Source: Octopus sinensis
Lineage: Eukaryota
Direction of reading: 5' to 3'
NCBI RefSeq assembly: GCF_006345805.1
Contig: NW_021826329.1
Location: 1 to 13,305, forward strand
DNA: 13,305 nt
The translations under genes and the position numbers were made by a program. Of the stretch, positions 9,750-13,305 are shown in pieces (the stretch's first letter is position 1; the number at the start of each line of letters is the position of its first letter). A model generated the notes under the pieces. It made no database searches. It worked only from the letters and a program-made list of their open reading frames with translations, and was not told where the DNA came from.

Positions 9750-9999
9750 TTAAACATCTTCTGTGAAGCATCGTCTTATACATACCAAACCAAAAAAAAA
9801 AAATGACTACATTACACATATACATCATCAAGATACAGTGCAATTTTTAATCACAACTGTAATTTTTTTATGAATAATACAAAGCCCACATTAAAATATA
9901 AATCCTAAGTTATAGTCCAGATTCTTTCATAATATAAGTTTTTACAAACAAAAAGACAAAGAAAAGAAAAAGAAAAAGCAGAACAAAAAAGAAGGAGTG

Positions 10000-10070
10000 C
10001 CATGTAAGCATGGGTTGAGCAGTCTTTTTTATGCAGGATTTTACAGATGGATGCCCTTCATACCATCAAA
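10000..10070 (-). mobile_element. Decayed fragment related to the family B tail
   Basis: ccatgtaagcatgggttg and ttacagatggatgcccttc match two family-B motifs, with a shorter spacer. Confidence 0.65.
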
Positions 10071-10200
10071 ACATTTAGTCTCCTCTAATCTGTAGGGACA
10101 GTATCTATCTATTCTAAAACTCAGTTTCACCCATTCTTATGCATAAATATATACCTGCATGTACATACACATATATACTATTATTGTTATTAAAGCAAAA

Positions 10201-10450
10201 GGTGGCAAGCTGACAAAATGATTAGCACACTGGGCAAAATGCTTAGTGGCATTTCATCTGTCTTTTCATTCTGAAGTCAAATTCTACTTAGGTCAACTTT
10301 GTCTTTCATCCTTTTGGAGTTGATAAAATAAGTATCAGTTGAATACTGGGGTTGATGTAATTGATTCATCTCCACCCCATGAATAACTCGCCTTGTGCCA
10401 AAACCTGAATCTATGATTAATAAGGCAGTGAGCTGGCAGAATCATTAGCA
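10201..10450 (+). mobile_element. SINE family C (tRNA-like head), followed by a second truncated head at 10424-10450
   Basis: Head ggtggcaagctgacaaaatgattagca is repeated as ggcagtgagctggcagaatcattagca. The central tttcatccttttggagttgataaaataagta resembles a conserved metazoan SINE body domain (recalled, unverified). Confidence 0.75.
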
Positions 10451-10452
10451 AT

Positions 10453-10660
10453 TTTTGGAAGATTCCCAAGAAGTAGTTGATGACAGCTTTTATTAACTAG
10501 ATGACCTCATGAGCAGTGGAGGTGAATGGCCTAAGAGAATAGTGGTCAGAGTAAGAATAGGTAGGAAAAAGTTTAGTAAGTCATACTGAGAAGAAATGGA
10601 CTCTCTTCTTCAGTGATGGATAGATTAAATGATGCTTGTGCATGTAGTGTAATCAGACAG
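10453..10660 (+). pseudogene. Decayed RTE-clade reverse transcriptase C-terminal fragment
   Basis: From 10470: EVVDDSFY*LDDLMSSGGEWPKRIVVRVRIGRKKF, resembling EVVxxFxYLGDxxSxxGGCxxxxxxRxRxGWKKF. Paralogous to 11378-11585. Confidence 0.75.
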
Positions 10661-10671
10661 GAATTAGATTT

Positions 10672-11222
10672 CATCATCATCATCATCATCATCGTTTAAC
10701 GTCCGTTTTCCGCGCTAGCACGGGTTGGACGGTTCGACCGGGGTCTGGGAAGCCAGGGGCTGCTCCAGGCTCCAGTCTGATCTGGCAGAGTTTCTACGGC
10801 TGGATGCCCTTCCTAACGCCAACCACTCCGCGAGTGTAGTGGGTGCTTTTTACGTGCCACCTGCACAGGTGCCAGGGGGGGGGGTGTCCAGCAACAGTCA
10901 CGATCAGTTGGAGCTTTTAACATGCCAGCGGCACGGAAGCCAGTCAAGGCGGCGCTGGCAACGTTCGGATGGTCTTTTTATGTGCCACCGGCACAGGAGC
11001 CAGTCGGGGCGGCGCTGGCATCGGCCACGTTCGGATGGTGCTTTTTATGTGCCACCGGCACAGAAGCCAGTCGGGGCGGCGCTGGCATCGGCCACGTTCG
11101 GATGGTGCTTTTTATGTGCCACCGGCACAGAAGCCAGTCGGGGCGGCGCTGGCATCGGCCACATTCGGATAGTGCTTTTTATGTGCCACCGGCACAGGCA
11201 TCACAACTACTATTTCCATTGA
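10672..11222 (-). mobile_element. SINE-like family B, well preserved, 5 tandem units plus a partial one
   Basis: (CAT)n tail and CpG-rich core. Units start near 10842, 10910, 10971, 11037, 11104 and 11171; the three in 10971-11170 are near-identical at 66-67 bp. Confidence 0.93.
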
Positions 11223-11276
11223 TATTTATTTGGTCTATGTAATGCGTACTTGCAAAAAAAAAAAATTAAAAATTAA

Positions 11277-11997
11277 AAAGGTGTAGTGAGTTCCCAGGCA
11301 GGCTGACAGAAAAAGATAACTCTGTATTTAGAAGATGTACAGAAATAATTAGTAGTAAAAACACCTATAAAATAAACTTTTGGGAGGTTCCCAAGAAGTA
11401 GTTAATACTAGTCTTTTGTTGACAAGATGACCCAATGAGCAGTGGAGGTGAATGTTCTGAAAACACAGTAGCCGAAGTTAGAACAAGCAGGAAAATATTT
11501 AATGAGTTATACCAAGAAGAAAGGGAGTCTCTTCCTCAGTCTTAGTCAGACTGAATGATGCTTGTGTAATGTGGTCATCAAACTCATTGTGGATGATGTA
11601 TAAAGTATGGAAAAATGTGAGGCAAGTATGGTCTGTTGGATACGTAATGCTAGAGTGCATGGATGAGAGGGAAAAACTGAACTTATAGAAATACTACAGG
11701 TATATTTTAGGAGTTATCAGGTACAGTGTGCAAGGGAGAAGACTGCATCGCTTTGGATGTGGTATGTATGTAGGATATCAGTTGAGTAAAAAAAAAAAGT
11801 ACCAAATGATCCAGGGATAAAATACACTTGCAAATTAGATCAAGGAAGACAAAAGCAAATGTGGTTGAAGCTGTTCTCAGGATACTGAGTTTCAAAAAGG
11901 AGATGACAAAGGACCAGAACAAGCTATGAGATATCTTGCTGGAGAAGAACTGTCCAATACATGTATGCATGAAAAACAAATGTAAAATGTGATAATG
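11277..11997 (+). mobile_element. Decayed 3' part (about 720 bp) of an RTE-clade LINE
   Basis: Broken frames give MSSGGECSENTVAEVRTSRKIFNEL, VQGRRLHRFG (cf. RRLRWxGHV) and RSRKTKANVVEAVLRILSFKKEMTKDQ (cf. RPRKTW...DR). Ends in a tail like that of family B. Confidence 0.8.
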
Positions 11998-12015
11998 TTA
12001 TATTTGTATATTATA

Positions 12016-12280
12016 GGCACAGGCTGTTTGGTAAGAAGCTTGCTTCTTAACCACATGGTTCTGGGTTCAGTCCCACTGCATGGCAGCTTGAGCAAGTGTC
12101 TTCTACTATAGTCTCAGGCCAACCAAGACCTTGTAGGTAGATTTGGCAGACAGAAACTGAAAGAAACTTGTCATATATATATATATACATACATATATAT
12201 ATTTTCAACTAAAACTCTTTAAGGTGGTGCTCCAGTATTGCCACAGTCAAATGACTGAAACAAGTAAATGAATAAAAGAA
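12016..12280 (+). mobile_element. SINE family A with tRNA-like head and internal deletion
   Basis: A-box-like ggctgtttggtaag, B-box-like ggttcagtccc (12064-12074), internal (TA)n, then a 3' end matching 141-200. Lacks the segment seen at 1-120. Confidence 0.88.
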
Positions 12281-12287
12281 TCCAGTC

Positions 12288-12502
12288 ATACACACACATA
12301 CATATGCATACACATACATTTATGCATACACACATACATTTACACATGCATACATTTATGCATACACATACATTTATGCATACACACATACATTTACACA
12401 TGCAAACATATATACACTCATATATATATATACCTTCATACACCTATACACAGATTCAGAAATACATTGATATACATAACTACATACATATATACTATAT
12501 AT
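12288..12502. repeat. (CATA)/(CA) compound microsatellite containing a 54-bp-period duplication (12304 and 12358)
   Basis: atgcatacacatacatttatgcatacacacatacatttacacatgca occurs twice. Confidence 0.85.
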
Positions 12503-13305
12503 ATCATCATCATCATCATCATCATTTAGCGTCCGTTCTCCATGCTAGCATGGGTTGGACGGTTCAACTGGGGTCTGTGAAGCTGGAAGGCTTCATCAGG
12601 CCCAGTCAGATCTGGGAGTGTTTCTACGGCTGGATGCCCTTCCTAACGCCAACCACTTCGTGAGTGTAGTGGGTGCTTTTTACGTGCCACCTGCACAGGT
12701 GCCAGACAGAGCTGGCAAACGGCCACGAACGGATGGTGCTTTTACGTGTCACCGGCACGGGGCCAGGCGAGGCTGGCAACGGACACGAACGGATGTTGCT
12801 TTTACGTGCCACCAACACAGGGGCCAGACAGAGCTGCAAACGCCACGAACGGATGGTGCTTTTTACGTGTCACCGGCACAGGGGCCAGGCGAGGCTGGCA
12901 ACGGGCACGAACGGATGGTGCTTTTTACGTGTCACCGGCATGGGGGCCGGCGAGGCTGGCAACGGATACGAACGTATGTGTGCTTTTACATGTCACCGAC
13001 ATGGGGGCCAACAGGCTGGCAAACGGCCACGAACGGATGGTGCTTTTACGTGTCACCGGCACGGGGGCCAACAGAGCTGGCAAACGGCCACGAACGGATG
13101 GTGCTTTAACGTGTCCACCGGCACGGGGGCCATACAGAGCTGGCAAACGGCCACAACGGATGGTACTTTTCCGTGTCACCGGCACGGGGTCCGGCCAGGC
13201 TGGCAACGAACACGAACGGATGGTGCTTTTTACGTGCCACCTACACGGGGGCCAGACAGGGCTGGTGAACGGCTACGAACGGATGGTACTTTTACGTGCA
13301 CGGGA
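12503..13305 (-). mobile_element. SINE-like family B with an expanded internal minisatellite, running off the window end
   Basis: (CAT)n tail and core at about 12503-12671, then the tandem array. Confidence 0.93.
12672..13305. repeat. Tandem array of about 61-bp units, 10 full units plus a partial one
   Basis: Units start near 12672, 12735, 12795, 12855, 12917, 12979, 13039, 13100, 13162, 13222 and 13285. Confidence 0.95.

Noticed and set aside
12016-12085. tRNA gene
   Set aside because: A/B-box-like motifs only, no convincing cloverleaf, and continuous with a SINE body.
12593-12599. Minus-strand CTGATGA (also CTGAAGA at 10607 and CTGAGGA near 11533)
   Set aside because: No correctly placed GAAA or stems, so not hammerheads.
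10725-13206. ORFs up to 184 aa in the GC-rich arrays
   Set aside because: Overlapping frames on both strands, non-triplet repeat periods, and identical peptides in every SINE copy.
12672-13305. CRISPR-like periodic array with hairpins
   Set aside because: No unique spacers, no cas genes, eukaryotic context, and units are contiguous with a SINE core.

Overview
Repeat-dense, AT-rich eukaryotic DNA that looks intronic or intergenic. The SINE families resemble, from memory, those of Octopus (coleoid cephalopod); this is an inference, not a database result. I can support no intact protein-coding gene: the listed ORFs are translations of microsatellites, SINE tandem arrays or other repeats. Contents: long (TA)n/(TG)n/(TATG)n tracts; seven copies or fragments of a SINE-like family with an RTE-type (GAT)n tail, most carrying 61-67 bp tandem units; two other tRNA-headed SINE families; four decayed RTE-clade LINE fragments; a TA-flanked Tc1/pogo-type MITE; a TTAA-flanked piggyBac-type MITE; and two long inverted repeats, one enclosing TTAGGG-like repeats. 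The most notable signals are three hammerhead-ribozyme-like motifs: an intact catalytic core at 7238-7304, a G5A-mutated one at 3250-3344, and a permuted broken one in each arm of the 5853-6127 palindrome. These suggest Penelope-like or retrozyme-like remnants. Boundaries of decayed repeats are approximate.
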